64,000 nucleotides of DNA from Octopus vulgaris. Its lineage: Eukaryota. Positions 62,686 through 64,000 of the stretch are shown one piece after another. The position numbers were made by a program, and so were the translations under genes. The notes below the pieces were generated by a model. The model worked only from the letters and a program-made list of their open reading frames with translations, was not told the origin of the DNA and did no database searches. The stretch is taken from assembly GCA_951406725.2 (NCBI GenBank), contig OX597824.1, positions 37,386,001 through 37,450,000 of the forward strand, read 5' to 3'. Position 1 is the first letter of the stretch. Each line of letters starts with the position of its first letter.

Positions 62686-64000
62686 TGATTGATTGATTGA
62701 TTGATTGATTCTAGTTTCAGCTTATGAGCTGTGGCCATGCTGGGGCACCGCCATTTGGTGTTGCTACTTGGTTTCACTTCATGGAGGCTTTCTAGCAACT
62801 GCTATTTGGTGCATGAGAGAGTTCGATGCAGCTGCCCTCATCTGCCCCTCCTGCCGTGAAGTTGGTTCATCTGGGACACCTGACAGGAAGAGATCCAGCT
62901 TCATTTTAAAGACATCTGTATCCACCCCATGCAGGTCTCTCAGGTTCTTCGGGAGGATATTGAAGAGCTGTGGGCCTCGGAAGCCCAGGCTATCACAGAA
63001 TCTTGTCCTACATCTTGATGGCAGGTTTGGAGTCCTAGGCACCACGCAGTGGCGCCCAGTTCTGGCATTTGCGTAACTCTCGATGCCAAAGTTCAGGACA
63101 CTTCCCTCCAGGATCTTCCAGATGTATATTATGGCATATCTTTCCCGCCTACGCTCCAGGGAGTATAATTTTAATCTCTTGAGTCTTTCCCAGTAGCTTA
63201 CATTCTGCATAGAGGCTATCTTCTTTGTGTAGCTTCGTTGGATCGCCTCAAGTTCTGTGATCAACTTGACACTGGATGGTGACCATAGCTGAGAGCAATA
63301 GTCAAAGTGGCTTAGGACAAGTGTCTTCCAGAGGACCATCATGGTTTCTTGTTCTCTTGTTCTAAAGGTTCTAAGAATCCATCCAGCCAGCCGTCTACAT
63401 TTCATTGTCAGTTTAGCAACATGTACATGAAAGGTCGCGTCATCACTCATGTGAATACCAAGGTCACGCACTGATTGTGCCTCTGGGATTGCAATCCCTC
63501 CGGGTCCAGTGTATTCATTGGGTATTGCATTCAGTTTTGCATGCTGATAGTATAAAGCTTGAAACTTTCCAGCATTGAACTGCATGCTATTCTTTTCAGC
63601 CCACTTGTATATTTCGTCCAGCTCACATTGCAGGTTTTTAGTGTCCTCAGGGTTCTGTATTGCCTGTGAAACTTTTGTATCATCTGCATAACTTGTGATC
63701 GTGGATCTCTGCGTGGCTGAGGGCATGTCTGAGAGGGCCATTATGAACAGTAGTGGTCCCAAAACAGTGCCCTGTGGAACACCACTCATTATTTGCGTGT
63801 TAATGGAAGTGGCCCCATTGGCTACTACCACCTGACTTCTATTCTTCAGAAAGTCGTGAAGCCATTCTCCTAGTTTTCCAACTATGCCAAGATCACGCAG
63901 CCTGTGACATATCATTCCGTGATCGACTTTATCGAAGGCCTTTGCGAAGTCGAGATATATGACTTCCACATTTGAGTGGTTGAGCAGTTGTTTCAGCACC
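62686..64000 (-). mobile_element. CR1/L2-like LINE, ORF2 open to the window edge
   Basis: 406-aa uninterrupted ORF (YLDFAKAFDKV, SGVPQGTVLGP, YADD), a short 3' UTR with a stem-loop, and an (AATC)n tail. Confidence 0.95.

Overview
AT-rich eukaryotic genomic DNA, dense in (TA)n/(CA)n microsatellites and transposons; the repeat landscape suggests an octopus genome (inference). There are two host genes. One is the last coding exon and 3' UTR of an ADF/cofilin gene (1443-1605, +). The other is a complete five-exon IkB (NF-kB inhibitor, cactus/IkBalpha-like) gene (CDS 33739-38165, +, 351 aa). The IkB gene has a variant DSAYYS degron, kB sites in its promoter and first intron, and a Roquin-type CDE stem-loop plus AU-rich element in its 3' UTR. 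The rest is mobile DNA: tRNA-derived SINEs, RTE, CR1/L2-like, L1/Tx1 and R4/Dong-like LINEs, Penelope-like elements, Tc1/mariner relics, MITEs/foldbacks and a solo LTR. The strongest unannotated signals are (i) an apparently intact type I hammerhead ribozyme with a long helix II at 49035-49127(-), plus variant hammerheads; (ii) a solo LTR with a six-unit heat-shock element upstream of its TATA box; (iii) a 3' stem-loop shared by SINEs and LINEs that shows compensatory base changes; and (iv) the layered regulatory architecture of the IkB gene. Most ORFs in the supplied track are microsatellite or repeat artefacts. Everything was read by eye, and repeat boundaries are approximate unless TSDs are quoted.
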